From contig CM060734.1 in assembly GCA_030704615.1 (NCBI GenBank), positions 48,794,001-48,858,000 on the forward strand: a stretch of DNA of 64,000 bases, in the 5' to 3' direction. Source of the DNA: Takakia lepidozioides (lineage: Eukaryota; Plantae; Bryophyta). Below, piece by piece: positions 13,266 to 26,410 of the stretch. Positions within the stretch are counted from its first letter, which is position 1. The number at the start of each line of letters is the position of its first letter. Position numbers and translations under genes: made by a program. Below the pieces are notes generated by a model, which worked only from the letters and a program-made list of their open reading frames with translations, was not told the origin of the DNA and searched no databases.

Positions 13266-16200
13266 ATGGTGGAAAGTGGTCCACAGAAAGACAAGCATTC
13301 TAGTAGCAGTGAGCTCGACAAGCTGCTCCAACAAGATATGAAGCAGCTCAACAATGGGGTGCCTGTCCAGGCATCTAAATCTGATTCATCCATTTTTCCT
13401 TCTGGCCAGTCTGCAAGGTACGCATCAGACCTCAGTAGCATAGTAGTACATACAATTTCCTGTCTCTGTGCTGGTCGTGACATGGGTTGATGATCAGACT
13501 ATTGGCTCGATCTCACAGTTTAAATCTACTGCTGATCAACTGTGAGTTGACAATTGTGCTGATTCGCCTTTAGCAGACAAGACACCTATAGGACTGTATT
13601 AAGGGAGGATGGTTATTGTATTGCACTTTTATCAAGGGAGTAAGCTTTGCAAGGATCTTATGGAATGTAGGTTTCGAGCTTTCAACTTGTGGATATTGTT
13701 GTCATGGTAGGCAATTGCATATGTGCAGGGTATTGAAGAAAGTCAGTATGCTAATGCATGAAGCCATTCACATGAAAAAAACCGATATGCCGGATATGAC
13801 CCTCAATCAACTTCGAGAGGTATGACTTATTTTGGCACCACCTGAGGATTTCAGCTTCCATGCTCACATAACTATAGACCAACAAGTCCTGCTGGGGTGA
13901 ACAACTTGCTTCTTTCCATTCGATGCTGTAGTAATTCACAGTGTTTGTGTTAGACAAGTGGGCACAAAAGTACCATCATACCTGTCATTGTTAATGATCG
14001 GAAGGATGCTTTTGTCCCCTCTCTTTGTGTTAGGAATTGTTTATACCTGTGTAAGTCCAGCTATTGGAGTGAGCCCCTCATGAAAGGTAGGGTTGTTCCG
14101 CCCAACTGGGCGTGGGGTCTATGCCCACAAGGTTATGGCAAACAACGTCTTATGGGTATATTCTTTGTATTAGGAATATCTGAGACTTGATGAGGAAAAT
14201 CGACAGAATGCACTTATAGTGTTGGCTACGCAATTTGGAGTCGACAGAGAGCGTGTGCAGGGCCTCCTACAGCACTACCTCACCTTGAAGCTGGGTATGT
14301 TCACTTTTGCAGTGAAAAAGTGTCTGCTAAATCTCCCACAGTTGTTGCAGAGACGAGGGTTTTGCAACTGGAATTATTCTCATCCTCCAGGCTGTTGTGC
14401 TAGGCATGTGTAAAGGGTCACAACAAATAGGGCACCTCTGTGGTATACCAAGTTTGTTGAGCACTTCTCTTTCTGCTGTTTGACAAAGACACAGAGACTA
14501 GATCATCAGTTTTTTCTCTGGTGGGCTCCAGAGCTTACAGAGTACTTTACTAATGGGTGCTGTGGTGTATATGAATTGGGGGGCAGGTGAAAGTGAAGAA
14601 GATGTAGCGGAAGAGGACGGGGTCGACAGTGGGCTGGTGGCAGCACGGTACCGCACAGAGCGCGACTTACGGGCAGCACTCATGCCTCTGTCTGCACGGC
14701 TTTTTGAGCAGATGAATGGTCAAGCTGGTGGCCTCAAGTTTCTGGTTGACCTTCGTGCTGACTTAAAGTCCACTCTACAGTATACTCCCATCCATTACCT
14801 GAGCCAACCAACCTCTAAAAATATTCCTTTGACTCACCTGTTTCCCAAGGCTACAAGTGATTTGTCTAGTTGTGCTCTCAGCATGATTTTTCAACTTTGT
14901 GCAGGAAAAAAAACTTGGCATCATTGCGTGCACTGGATGCTGACTTGAAGGGAATGTTTGCCACATGGTTGGGACCGGCTTGCCTGGAGCTGCACCACAT
15001 AACTTGGAATGACTCTGCGTGCCTGTTGGAGAAGATTGTCACATATGAGGTAGGGAGATGAGTTCAAGACATACCTCTTCACGTGGAGCGAACTCTATCC
15101 TGACATTTGTTGGGTGACAGTTGGAGATGCTGGCAGAGAAATTGACCCCCAGGCATGGCCAGATCAAGGCAGCTGGCCAGGCACACCTGGGAGTCCCAGA
15201 GCTCTACTTTCTGCTATTCACTGGTTCCAATGCACGGCTGATGTCTTTGAAGCTCATCCAACTTGCTTTAACTTTGTCAATGGGTCACCTTTCAGTATGC
15301 TTTTTGCTAATGATAAGGGCATGTATATGTGGTGCAGGCAGTGCACCCCATAAGTAACCTCTATGATCTCAAGCGAAGACTGGGAGTTGGACGACGTTGC
15401 TTTGGCTACTTCCATCCTGCCATGCCAGGTTTTGAATCTCCCTTGCATATTTTATGACTGTGCTCTCAGTTGGGCTATTGAGCGACAGATCTGTGGGCTG
15501 AGATTTGTAGTGATATACCCCTTGATGCTGACTGAGGGTTTCTTTGTAGGTGAGCCACTGGTGTTCATTGAAGTTGCACTCACCAAGGATGTCGAAGGCT
15601 CCATCCAGGTCTGGTCTGTATCTAACAAATCCTGCTTTGGGATTTGTGAGCTCCTTTTTCCTTGCGATTCTACTCAAGCAACTGCATTTGATGAATATGG
15701 TTACAGCTGTGTACCAGCTGTGCATCTTCAAGAAACTGGGTATTTAAAAAGAGTCACACAACGATGAGCGATGTTATCTGCAGCGTTTGCAGCAAGTGAC
15801 AAAAGTTTGCGGTTGCGTTGCATTTCAGAAATTGTTGTTCGACGAGCCCCCCTGTGCGGAAGATGAGGCAACTGCTGCTCTTTTCTACTCAATCTCCTCT
15901 ACACAGGTGCTCCTCCAACCTGTCTTCTCCCCACAGAGCTTCATAAAATGGACTAGAATTCATGAGGGGACTACATGATTGGTATGCTGAGTTCTATTGC
16001 AGTTTAGGCTTTCATCTTTCCTGGAATTCTTGTTGTTCTGCTGATTTTACAATTGTAGCAATTACGAGGAATTGGACTTGTGTGCTGGAATTACCGTATC
16101 ACAATCTAGGGGATGGGGAGCCGATGCAATAATGTGGCTGGTGTGCGTGTGGACTGGTATGGATGATCAATGTGGTGGGTGGTGGCATGCGACCAATGGC

Positions 16201-18353
16201 AGCCAGGTCTGGCAGGCATAGAGCTGGGGAACTTTCTCATCAAGCGTGTGGTGCGCCTGCTCCAGCAGGAAATGCCTCAGATTCAGGTGCTATCCTATTT
16301 TCACGTCAACATATCACCTTGTTTGTGGGGCCTCTATTCTATGGATATGTATGGACGAATGCTAACATCATCTTAGTGAAGTGGGGAGCTTTGCATCTGG
16401 TATTCGTTGGGTTGCAGACCTCTGCAGGAGTCTGTGTCCCTTCAAGAACCTTATGTTGCAGCAAAAACTACAAGAGGAATGTGTGTCGAAGCATGATCCT
16501 TCTGAATTGAAGATTAAATGCCTTCATCTCAATTGAGTATCTGGCAGCCAGGCTGGAGCATGAGAGTTGAAAACACTTGCAGGGCCCTGAGGCAGGCATG
16601 CCAAAATTTGTATGCTGGTGGCCCTGCTGTCAATTCAGTAAGGAGGGACATTTTTGAAAAGCCAGCTGACCCAGACAGGGACTTAATGCATGCTGCTGAT
16701 GAGTAAATCGAACAACACAAACCAGTATAGTATGGCCAAGGTATGTACTGGATATAACTGCTTTTTCTGTGGATTGATGCAGACATTTGTGACATTGAGC
16801 CCCCTCCCAGGCTACATGAAGTGGTTGTTACCCAAATTGGCATCACAGTCCAAGCTTATGGGGGATGAGGGAAATGTGTCCGTGTCCAGTCAGTTCAAGG
16901 AGGACTTGTTACTGCCCATGGAGGAGAAATCCTTGAAAGCGGCTTATGGGTGAGACAAGTAATCAAGGTTTATTTAAGGATTTCAACTCTGAGTAATATC
17001 TGTGCTGGTTGAAAGGTGAAAACAACTGGATAGACTTACCGATTGTGTCCAACCACTTATCTTTCAACAAGTTCTATCTGCATTCCTCACCGTGAATCCT
17101 CATGTGAGGAATGGAGACTGTGAAACATACCCAGCTTTCATTTGTGCTCCTTGTAATGGAGCAGAGATTTAAAAGATTGTGCTCAATGTTGTTCATGCAC
17201 TCCTTCACATTCTGCACCCAAATGGTGCTGCTGACATTCCAGTTTGGGGGGTTGTAGGGATGCTGGCAAAGAGAGGAGTGCTGTGGGAATAATGTACCAT
17301 CTTCTCTCATCATCCCAACACGAGTGGACCCAGTCACAGACACTGGTGGAAGCATTGTGTCCACCCCTTATGCGCCTATGTGTAAGGTAAAGAGTTCGAA
17401 CTCACTAGACAATCATAAGTTATTGACCACTTGACCGGTTTATTTTCATGTTGTTCTTTTTGCTCAAACTGGGGTATTACTGCTGGGTACTGCTCTGGCA
17501 TGTACAGATATATACTGAAAGAGAAGAAGCGGGGAAGAGCATTGGATCCTGTCACAAATTTCCATGTCCGGAACGGCGCAGTGAGTTCACCTTTCCATAT
17601 CCGTCAGAGTTTCTAATCGCAGTATCCAAGATAGGTCTGGAATCTACACATTCCACATTCCAGTGGCCTAGATGTTTTCTAGAGCTACCTTGCCATTAAG
17701 TTGATCAACTGAGAACCCTGCAGGAACTTTTTTGAGTAGTTGCTTGGACAGGTTTGCTTTTAAAGGATTATTTGGGTTACTGTATTGCAGCTACTTTCCA
17801 AGCTGGTTGATTAAGTAAGGTGTGGCATGCATGGAATGTTGAGATGGAAGGGCATGGTTGGGAGCAGAGTGTGGAGCGGCTGAATTGGATGGGGAATACA
17901 TCATGCAAAGGTCTGGAGGAAAGTGCAGGAATCATGGTGAACTACATCTACAGGTATTATGCAGGTCAAACTCTCCATGGACTGTTCTAAGGGGAGATGT
18001 GCAGAATAAAAGAAAACCCTTGGTGTCTAGAGTGGTTCTGACCTCTTGGCAAGGACATGCCTTGTAGGATCCTGAGTCCTTAACCTTGACACTCTAACGG
18101 CAACCATCTTGCTGGATCTATTGAGGTCAAGCAAATTGCTAAGGTATGGAAGCTTGTGCTAGTGTCAGGCAGGCTGTTTGTTGCTAACCTTTGAGGTTGG
18201 GTTGATGTGGTGCTTTTGTGAAGGTTGGAGAACATAGAGCCAAACAATCAGGCATACCTCAACAAAGGTAGAATTGCTGCTTCACCAGCTGTTGAAGAGT
18301 ATTTGCAGCCACTGGTTGATTCCACTTTGCAGCGCAAGGAAAATGCAAGCTGA
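13266..18353 (+). CDS. MCD: Malonyl-CoA decarboxylase, 14 coding exons, ~532 aa (start codon tentative)
   Basis: Exons 13266-13417, 13729-13819, 14174-14294, 14587-14779, 14905-15049, 15338-15428, 15550-15608, 15829-15906, 16203-16286, 16783-16949, 17258-17386, 17508-17580, 17868-17953 and 18224-18353. GT-AG, in frame (1599 nt). MCD motifs LLEKIVTYEAVHP, DLKRRLGVGRRCFGYFHP, EPLVFIEVAL, FYSISSTQPGLAGIELGNFLIKRV, TLSPLPGY, DPVTNFHVRNGA, GIMVNY. An upstream, possibly untranslated exon probably ends at the donor after 11126. Confidence 0.93.
14038..14162 (+). mobile_element. Family-B LINE 3'-end remnant inserted at an MCD splice acceptor
   Basis: GGAGTGAGCCCCTCA...GGGGTCTATG...AACGTCTTATGGGTATA matches family B. 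TSD CTTTGTRTTAGGAAT at 14023-14037 and 14163-14177. Confidence 0.8.
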
Positions 18354-19772
18354 CATGTTTGTGCAGCCTTACATCCATGTCCAACTGTTCCTTCACATGC
18401 GCAGTGTGTGGTCTCCAAATTTAGGCATCCTAATACCAGCAGTAAGCTCACATGCGAGTTGTCTCTGAAAAGAAAATTCTTAGACAAGCATTTGTGTAGC
18501 TGCTGGTAAGCTACTTGTACAAGTGATGAAAGGATTGACTCTTCATTCAATCTCTTGGTTGATTAACCCGTAAAGGCCTACGAGGCCATCTGGTGGCCTT
18601 GCCCTGCCCATGTCCTTGGATCTTAACGAAATATCTGGAGGCAGATTCCATCGACGTGGTCATCTTCTCTGATCAGCGCTTGGCAGTTTGTGAGCTGAGA
18701 TTGGTGGGTGCAAGAAGTTCAAATAGCAAAATGGTTGGGGCTGTTGGGCTGCGGATTCTGATAGTGCCTGCCACTGTCTGATTTCACCAAAAACACATTG
18801 AGCAACGATGTTTTTCCACAAAAAATACATGTGGCTAGAGAACTGAAACTACATATATTTGGCAGAAGGGTGGCCCATTAGTCAGCTTCCACCAGAGGAT
18901 TTTTACTGTCCCCTGTGATCTGGGGACATCCCCCCTACAACTGCAGTTGAACACATATATTTCATAAACGTAGTGACCAAGTCCTGACGTTTCCTCTTTC
19001 ACCCCCGGAGCTCTACTGAATACAAGGAGGATCGTCTCTCTAAGATGGATGCTCACACGGACTACAATACACTCCCAAAAATCCTCTGAGCGCATCCTCC
19101 GTAGAGGCCCTGTACTTCTTTATTTGTACGTCCAGAGTAATACGTTACATACAGGCCAAAGGGCTTTAACCATCTGTCAGTGAGACCTGCCACCTTCTGG
19201 TTCCATGCCAACTGCATTGTCTCAGCAGTAAAGCTGTTTACTTGACCATATCTGTCCCCCGCAGATACTCACCACCACTACAGCATTAAGTTAATTAAAA
19301 TTTATTCAGAGGACTATATTATCCCTTAAATGACAGGTCGCCTCGTTTTTTCATCCAGATGTAGCTTCCTTGGATGAAGTTGGACGAAGTTTCTGTCTGA
19401 ATGAAAAATGTACCTTACCAAGTCCTCGACACAGTATGTAGGGCCCCCCAAAAAGTGATTTCTTTGCCGGTATGGGTGGTTCGGATGTTTGGTGGATGTG
19501 GGGCCATGTGCGTTGACCGCCCACTTGCATGCATCAGAAGTTGGCAGCCATTTACAGAGAGGGCCATTTGGGGGTGAGGAGATCTGAGGGCTACATGTTC
19601 ACCCATAACACTTCAATCCAAGCCTAGAGGCTTTCCATGGGCTATGTGTAAGATACCTTTTTGTAAGTATCTTTAAGGTCTTTAGTCTTAAAGTACACTT
19701 TATGACTTGCAAAATCGGGCCAAAAGTGCAGGATGAGTGCAAGCTGTCTTGATTGCAGACAAGCATGTAGCC

Positions 19773-19910
19773 CACATACCACGTTGGATGTGGTTGTGGG
19801 TTCAAACCACGGTCTGGTGTGTCATGAAGTGTTCACCTTCCTAGCGGAAGGCAGTAGCCCTTTGGGGTGAAGTGACTCTACGCTCCTTTCCAGAGGCGTC
19901 ATACTTTTTT
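19773..19910 (+). mobile_element. Family A retroposon, copy 2
   Basis: Homologous to 823-979 and 57400-57562, with a T-rich tail. Confidence 0.75.
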
Positions 19911-20525
19911 TTAAACTTTTTATTGATTGCATCATATACAAATGCAATATAAAATAAAAGTTGCATTATTACTTAACCACATGCCATCATCCGCCATTCG
20001 AAAGGTTTCAACGAGATGGCCCTACGAGAGAGCGAGGGAGAAAATGACGTGGCCCCCAAAAAGTCGTTTGATTCAGAGTCAACTTCCACAAGCATTTGCC
20101 TAACTTGGAGTTGGCCGGGAAAATCAGAGATACCTCCATCCGAGGGGCAATTTTGCTCGAATTTCTATAGTTTTTGGGCAGTATACTTTATATGTTGGCG
20201 ATGCATGTGCGATCCACTGACCATTGCAAGTTCAATATGGCAAAAATTGAGGTCACCATGGGACCTCTATCATCTATTGTTGGAATTATCAATTGTTAGC
20301 CCCTCCCCATGCACATACAAAGCAACCCCCTCAAGTTTTGGAGGTTTGCCTGAAATTTGGAAAGAGACCATGGGATGTGACTTTGCAACTGAATATGAAG
20401 GACATTCGCCCAGCCAATTTTTGTGACATGGGCCTAGGGCTTGGTCAAACTTGAAATTGAGGTCTATGTTTTGTATTTTGTACAAAATGCAACTTTTTTT
20501 TTGGTTATAGTATCCCAAATGCAAC

Positions 20526-20563
20526 AGAGAGAGAGAGAGAGTATGTGTGTGTGTGTGTGTGTT

Positions 20564-20599
<36 letters not shown>
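20526..20599. repeat. Compound microsatellite (GA)n-(TG)n-(T)n
   Basis: Seen directly. Confidence 0.9.
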
Positions 20600-22633
20600 C
20601 CCGAAATAGATTCTATGCAAAAGACATTAGAAACAAAGTAACAATATAATTTAGGCATATCATCTGATGCTATTTTTCCGGATTTAGGCGACGTGGGCTC
20701 GTCTGGTCAAATCTTCCCCACCTTTTCTTACCGTGGATTCACTATTATTCATTACCTGCAATTGAGCAGGTAGCCTGTTGGGTATTTGTGTCTTGCCTAT
20801 GCATAACCTAGGTGCTCCTCAGTTCAATTCTTCAACATGTGCCTTCAACCATCCATTGGCCCCTCAAATGGGCTAGGTGTTGAGCGCGCTGTAAGCTCTG
20901 TAATTCACTAGACGTTAAACAAACTTTATTTTATTTTACTTTACTTTATTAAATATTTTAGAATGTGAGAGATTGTTAGACACTGAATAGCTTATAGCCT
21001 TATTGGTAAAGTGATGGTAATGGAGGCGATGAGGTGGAAGGTTTGATTTTTGATGGGTGGTAATGTCACCCTTGGCCTATAGTTCGTATCACTCCCCCAT
21101 ATTGTGTAACTCTTCCTAGTCAATTTCAAACTTAGCCAAATGTGGACTTAGTCAAATCTTGAGACTAAGTGTGGGTTACACCAAGTAGAGTTACACTTCC
21201 CGTCATGTAATCCCAAATGGAGTTACACTTTACATACCTCGATTGGTTCATACATTATTCCTTGGATTCTCCATTTTATGAGTTATTTTTCTTCCAATAA
21301 TTATTTTTTGGATGTACTAACGATGTTGATATTCATTTTATTTTTAGTATGAATTTGTTTGATTTTATAGATGTGTAGGTATAATATATTAATAGATCTA
21401 CATTTTTAACTGTCCAAAATATAGACAAGAGACAAAAATTCAATCATAAGAGTTTTGACATTTCATCCATTCATATTTCCTGTAATATCATAAAAAATAT
21501 GTAAATTGAAACGTGCTTACCACGACTCAAATCAAAGTAATATTTGGAAGTTCTAGAAAGTGTCTGTTCCCGGCCAAGGGGTGCCAAAAAACACCATGGG
21601 AACCGGTCCTTTTAGCCTAGGAAGTTAAATCCAACGGTCGTCTCCTCATCGCACCAGAAACCTCCACGATCTCGCCACTTGCACTTGTGAGGGGCCGTCC
21701 ATCTCCAAGGTCCCCATCCCCAGCTAGGCTATGGTGCCTGAAGTGCTACCTTGGCGTTTCCATCGTACCCAATTTTCAACCATACACGGACTATGGAACC
21801 ACGTATTCTGCCACCATTTCGAGATGTTGTCGTCCATGCAATATATACGTGCTGTGAAACAATCGCCATAGTGTAACGCAGTCTTTATCAAACACGTAAC
21901 CAAGGGAGGATCCAAGCCAACACGTAACTAGGTAGGATCCAGGTGGACATTCTAATACCTAGTCGCCACCTGTGCACTTAACCCCAGCATTTTGTTGCCA
22001 CCTCCACCCTGAGAAAAAAGTGCTCCCAGGGCCAACTCTCGGATAATTATGACTCACCAAGTCGACATTCAACTCTGCTCGGCCCTTCTTGCACGCTCCA
22101 ATTTCATGACCCCCTCTGTTTTCTAGAAAATCTACAGGTTGGGTAACTCATTAAAAATTTGTTCCTCTCCATGTGAGATGCTGTCAGAAAATATAATTGC
22201 ACTTGGAATCATTCTTGACTATCTGCGTGGATCCTAGACCTAAAATAAAAGAAATGAATTTAGAAAAGAAAAGATGACATGGCGTAAGACCCCACGGCCA
22301 GCTGTTGACGCGATATTCCGTCAAATAACGTCCCTGGCACCTACAAATACAAAGGGGAAAAAAGGGGACCCCACCGGAGGAGCCCAGGCCGACGGCACGA
22401 GTGCATGAAGTTCTTAGGTACCTTCTTCCTGTTCCCTCGCCGGAGCAGCCCAAGCCACTGTCGGTATACGGAGTGCTGCCTCAGTAAAGGCACCTCTAAT
22501 CCATACTTCACAGCATTCAGTATCAGCGCTCTTACTGTCTGCTGCAATCAACAACACCTTCTCATATGTCAACTCTGCCAACTGATCAGTTTTCCACCCC
22601 CATATTTGCAGTGAAACATGCATTTTGCTCGTT

Positions 22634-23185
22634 TCACCACTAATCCCCACAAGACCATACGTTACTCTTGGACGTGGTGACAGCGGGTCGCATCCCGCAC
22701 AACAGTTTCTCGCCAAACAATTTTTGAGATGAACTTTGTGGCTGTGTGGTTACGTGGTAGTCAGTAGTCACCACAAACCCGTTGTTGATGATGCGGATAA
22801 CTTAGTTGTCCCAGGGGATGACATTGTGCTGATGAGCCCAAAAGCAATGGAAAGCTTTTCACTGTGTAGGCTACAGCAAAGAGAAAATTCCTTTTGCTCC
22901 TCCTCCGCATCACGCAATGCGAAACTCGGCATATACCCAGCCTCCATCAAGTGCAGAGAATATAACCTCTTTTTTCGGACACCTCTGTCTGTCCACCATC
23001 ATTTGTCTCGGTGCCGTTGCGGCATCTTTTCCACCACCAGCCTGCAGCATATAAATTGGACAGCAAAACATAAGCTCCAGCCTCCTGTGGATCATTGTTG
23101 GAGTAAGCAATGCAATAATTTGCCCCGCAAACCGGTGGATTCCACATTGTCCAATTTCTGGATGTATTCTACCTGCCAAATTTCT
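22634..23185 (-). pseudogene. PLS-class PPR protein E/DYW-domain remnant (RNA-editing factor pseudogene fragment)
   Basis: Across frameshifts: DPQEAGAYVLLSNLYAA (E domain), MMEAGYMP...HSEKLSIAFGLIST, ATKFISKIVWRETVVRDATRCHH, and terminal SCGD*W* (degenerate DYW). Confidence 0.88.
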
Positions 23186-23744
23186 TGGTTGTGGTCTTTG
23201 GGACGTTTCCTCCCAAGGTGGGGCCACAAATCCTATCCCAACTGCAACTGTCCTCCTAGACAACTGGCAAAAGACGGCCGATTCGGCCAGGTTGGCGGGC
23301 GAGACCTGGGTAGGCAACCTGGCCGAATCGCCCTCTGCTGGCCGTACTAGGGCGTTAAACGCACTTGATGTATGCCGAATCGGCACTGCTGGCCGATTCT
23401 ACGTGCCGGCACCTACCTGCATGTTCAGTAATCTAATCGACCTGTGGATACGGCAGAGTAAGCCTTAAGTGCTTCTAACATGTAGATGGTGATTATGGAA
23501 TCCCAAAACAGCTATCATGGTTGGGGCCGCAGGCCTTGGGACTTGAGTGGAATATTCCAGAAACATAGGTAAAGATTCTGTAGGCTTTGAGATGCAATGT
23601 GGCTTGAGGCTCAACCTCAAGACGTATAATGTATTTTCTATATATTTTCAAAATACGTATATCTTATCTGAAAAAATAAGGGATGGGCAGTCATAAAAAA
23701 AAACTTCATGCCGTAGACCTCAAGCCACGTGACCTCAGCCTCAG

Positions 23745-23850
23745 ACCGTGGGACCTCCAGCCCTAGGATCCCCATCCTAGGCCACATGATCTCAGGCCCT
23801 AGAACCTTAGGCCACATGACCTCAGGCCCTAAGACCCTAGGCCACATGTA
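23745..23850. repeat. ~30-bp tandem repeats inside the left TIR
   Basis: CCTAGGCCACATGAYCTCAGGCCCTA unit repeated about 3 times and mirrored at 28066-28135. Confidence 0.75.
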
Positions 23851-24047
23851 CATAATACGTTTTAATATTCTTCGAAAATCGGGGAACAAAGAAGGGAACC
23901 ACCCGGTTTAGGGGTTCGCAACTCAAGGCGGGAGTTTTGCCGCTGCTCCTCTGCGGCAGAGGAGCACTTCCCAGATTGAGAAGGTACACCAAGCAAACTC
24001 TGGTCTTGAAAAAACTCGGTGATTTACGAAATTTGAGTGTCGTGCAG

Positions 24048-24164
24048 CGGTCGATGCGGTTTCCTATTGAAGAGGAGGTCAAGGCAGTTGTAATTGGCAA
24101 TGGTTGGGCTGCAGCAGCTACTGGTCTTCATTTTCTTCGAGTTTACTCTGAAGCTGGCTTGCAG
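24048..24164 (+). pseudogene. CTF4: Captured exon fragment of CTF4/WDHD1 (AND-1; Mcl1_mid/SepB region)
   Basis: SMRFPIEEEVKAVVIGNGWAAAATGLHFLRVYSEAGLQ resembles plant CTF4 W.MRFEGEEVK.VA.G.GWVAAVTSLN.LR.F.EGGLQ. Ends at donor CAG|GTATGA. Confidence 0.72.
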
Positions 24165-25722
24165 GTATGACATTTCCCATTCTAACGACTGAGCAATCCT
24201 GTCCATCTATGTCCTTTTCCATACTTTACGGCTTTCGGTCTGCAAGAAGATTGGCTGCCTCACCTCAAAATTCCTGTTTTTGCAGCAACACGTTTGCAAT
24301 TCTGACTGCAATTCCGACTTGCCCAGCAAGATAGGCCCCAGTACATCCGTAGCTTGCCTTACCCCTTTCCCCATGTGAATTTGTTTGAAAGTGGAAGTGG
24401 TGTCACAAAGTCTCATTGCCTAATAAAACTTGAATGGCCTTGCAGAGATTTGTTTCATCTTTGGCAGGTCCAATTGTAGTACTAGCAGGACATGAGCAGC
24501 AGTTGGCCGTAGACACTCATGCCTCCAACCCCCTACCTTCCGGTGAAGGGGGGCTTTGTACGGCAGAGATTGCCATTGTCGTCATCTCTTATTGAAAATG
24601 GAACTTGGCAATCCGTGTCATCGTCATCGGATCGCTTTGGACGTGTTTCATGGCAAGGTGCGTGTAGGTGGGAAGCAGCAAGACCTGATTCCAGGGTTGG
24701 AGTCTCTCACCGAAACGTCAAGGCCAGTGAGCTCTACATTCAGGATAGTGCGTCGGCCGTAGATGAGTTGGTAATTCGGTGAGAGACATGTTTCTTAAGG
24801 ATGGTTTACTTATGTAATCAAAGCAAGTGTGGTAAGCTGGTCCACTAGGAATCACGTTGGTCTCTCCAAAGTTAAATGCCAGCAAGCAGTTTTATTTATC
24901 ATTGTGCTGCAGCAATACTATGTAATAGGAGGTAGAGTTGTACTAATGGGAGAGATTGTGTCAGAACAGTTTCCACCAGACTGGAGTATGCTGCAGATTT
25001 GTTTCTTGATTTCCGTGTAGATGTGCAAATGTGCATCTGACTCCCTGACAGACATTGTCTACCTGAGAGAGAGACCAAATGGAAGTGGAGACTGCAAGTA
25101 GGATTATTTTCTGACGTTCACTCCTGATTGATAGAAGGCAATGGGGTGTTCTGGGGACTGACAATTACCGGTGTACTGTGGCAGCCGCTTGGCAATGGGA
25201 CCGTTCATCAACTTCATGGTATAGAGGTGGAAACTCCAAGTGAGTGAGCTTGAACTTACATCCTTTCCTGTACAGGCAGCTGTAGTGTCGTTTTATTGGA
25301 ATGAGTGCCGCCCCTACTGACCACATTGTCAAATATTATTTGCTGAGAACATCAAATGTTTTTTAGAACAAGGACAGCTGTTTATGTTGTTTGGCTGCTG
25401 TGTGTGCACAATGGTGACTTATAGATTTCTTGGTTGCTGTTGCAGGCATGATGGGCAGTGCGAAGACGACATTGGGAAAAATATTGTTTGAAGCCCTTGG
25501 TTACTATTTTTGCGATAGGTTTGTAAATGCTATTTACCCAATCCATTCTTTGTATCCGCACATGTATCTGTCTACTTAATATATAGGCCAATTTTGTGCA
25601 ACCAATCATTCTGCATATGCAAGATGCCATCCCCTCCTATTCACCTTTCGAGCTTGCTGTGTTATACCTTGAGAAAGGGGGTTTGGTGTTGTATAAGATT
25701 CTAAGGAGGTTTGATGTGGCAG

Positions 25723-26410
25723 TTGTTATTGGCACCTTTGCTTTCACCCATCCATTCGTACAGTGTGACACAGGAGATATGGGCAGCCCCTATCAATACA
25801 CTCAATGCACAACGCACTGGCATGCTGGTGGCTAACTTCATGAAGGTCTCCTCCCTCTCTCTCTTCTGGATCTCCACTTTTATGTAGCTCTGGCGCTTTG
25901 AGTTTGTCTCAGGTTTTACAACAGCTCAAGTGATTTCATCCCAGATAAAGTCCATATTACGCATGTATTAATCTGCGTGAGTGGAGGAGAGTATTGACAG
26001 ATGACAATTGTGGTTGCATGGTGCATAGATCTGCAGACTGGCTCTGTTTCGTGGCCTGTCGAATTGCGGTTCAGAGAGAAACTGATATTGCTGGTTTGGA
26101 CTGCACCAGGATGCTGGAAACGTACGGAGGTTCCAGAATGAACGGTTTTGTTGAGCTTTGGGGAGAAGTCAACAGACCTGGTGTTACACCAATTAACAAC
26201 AGGGGAGGATGCTGTCCGTGGTTGGTTGTTGGCAGCCCACGTTGCAAGACTAAGCAAGGATAAAGAGCACTTGAGTGGCCGTGAAGGAGCTTGCGGAGCG
26301 GTCTTAGAGCAAGCATACAAGGAGACAGAGACACACCTGCCAGCTCTTTTGGGAATGAGAGAGCACGGTGGCACACCCATTTATTCCTGGAAAGAGCAGT
26401 CTGTTTGAGT
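25723..26410 (+). pseudogene. RUS2: Captured 3' exons of RUS2/WXR1-like (DUF647) gene, with frameshifts and an internal deletion
   Basis: Exon 25723-25845 reads LLLAPLLSPIHSYSVTQEIWAAPINTLNAQRTGMLVANFMK. After a GT-AG intron, the exon from 26037 reads TGSVSWPVELRFRE..DAGNV..FLLSFGEKSTDLVLHQLTTGEDAVRGWLLAAHV..WHTHLFL, matching the RUS2 C-terminus. Confidence 0.85.

Noticed and set aside
19930-20520. Possible LINE zf-RVT remnant
   Set aside because: Too degenerate to recover diagnostic motifs.
22736-23386. 204-aa (+) and 158-aa (-) ORFs as genes
   Set aside because: They are antisense or off-frame shadows of the DYW pseudo-fragment and its GC-rich flank.
23480-23510. 9-bp TSD for the Pack-MULE-like element
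   Set aside because: I found no matching direct repeat near 28500; the outer ends are too degenerate to define.
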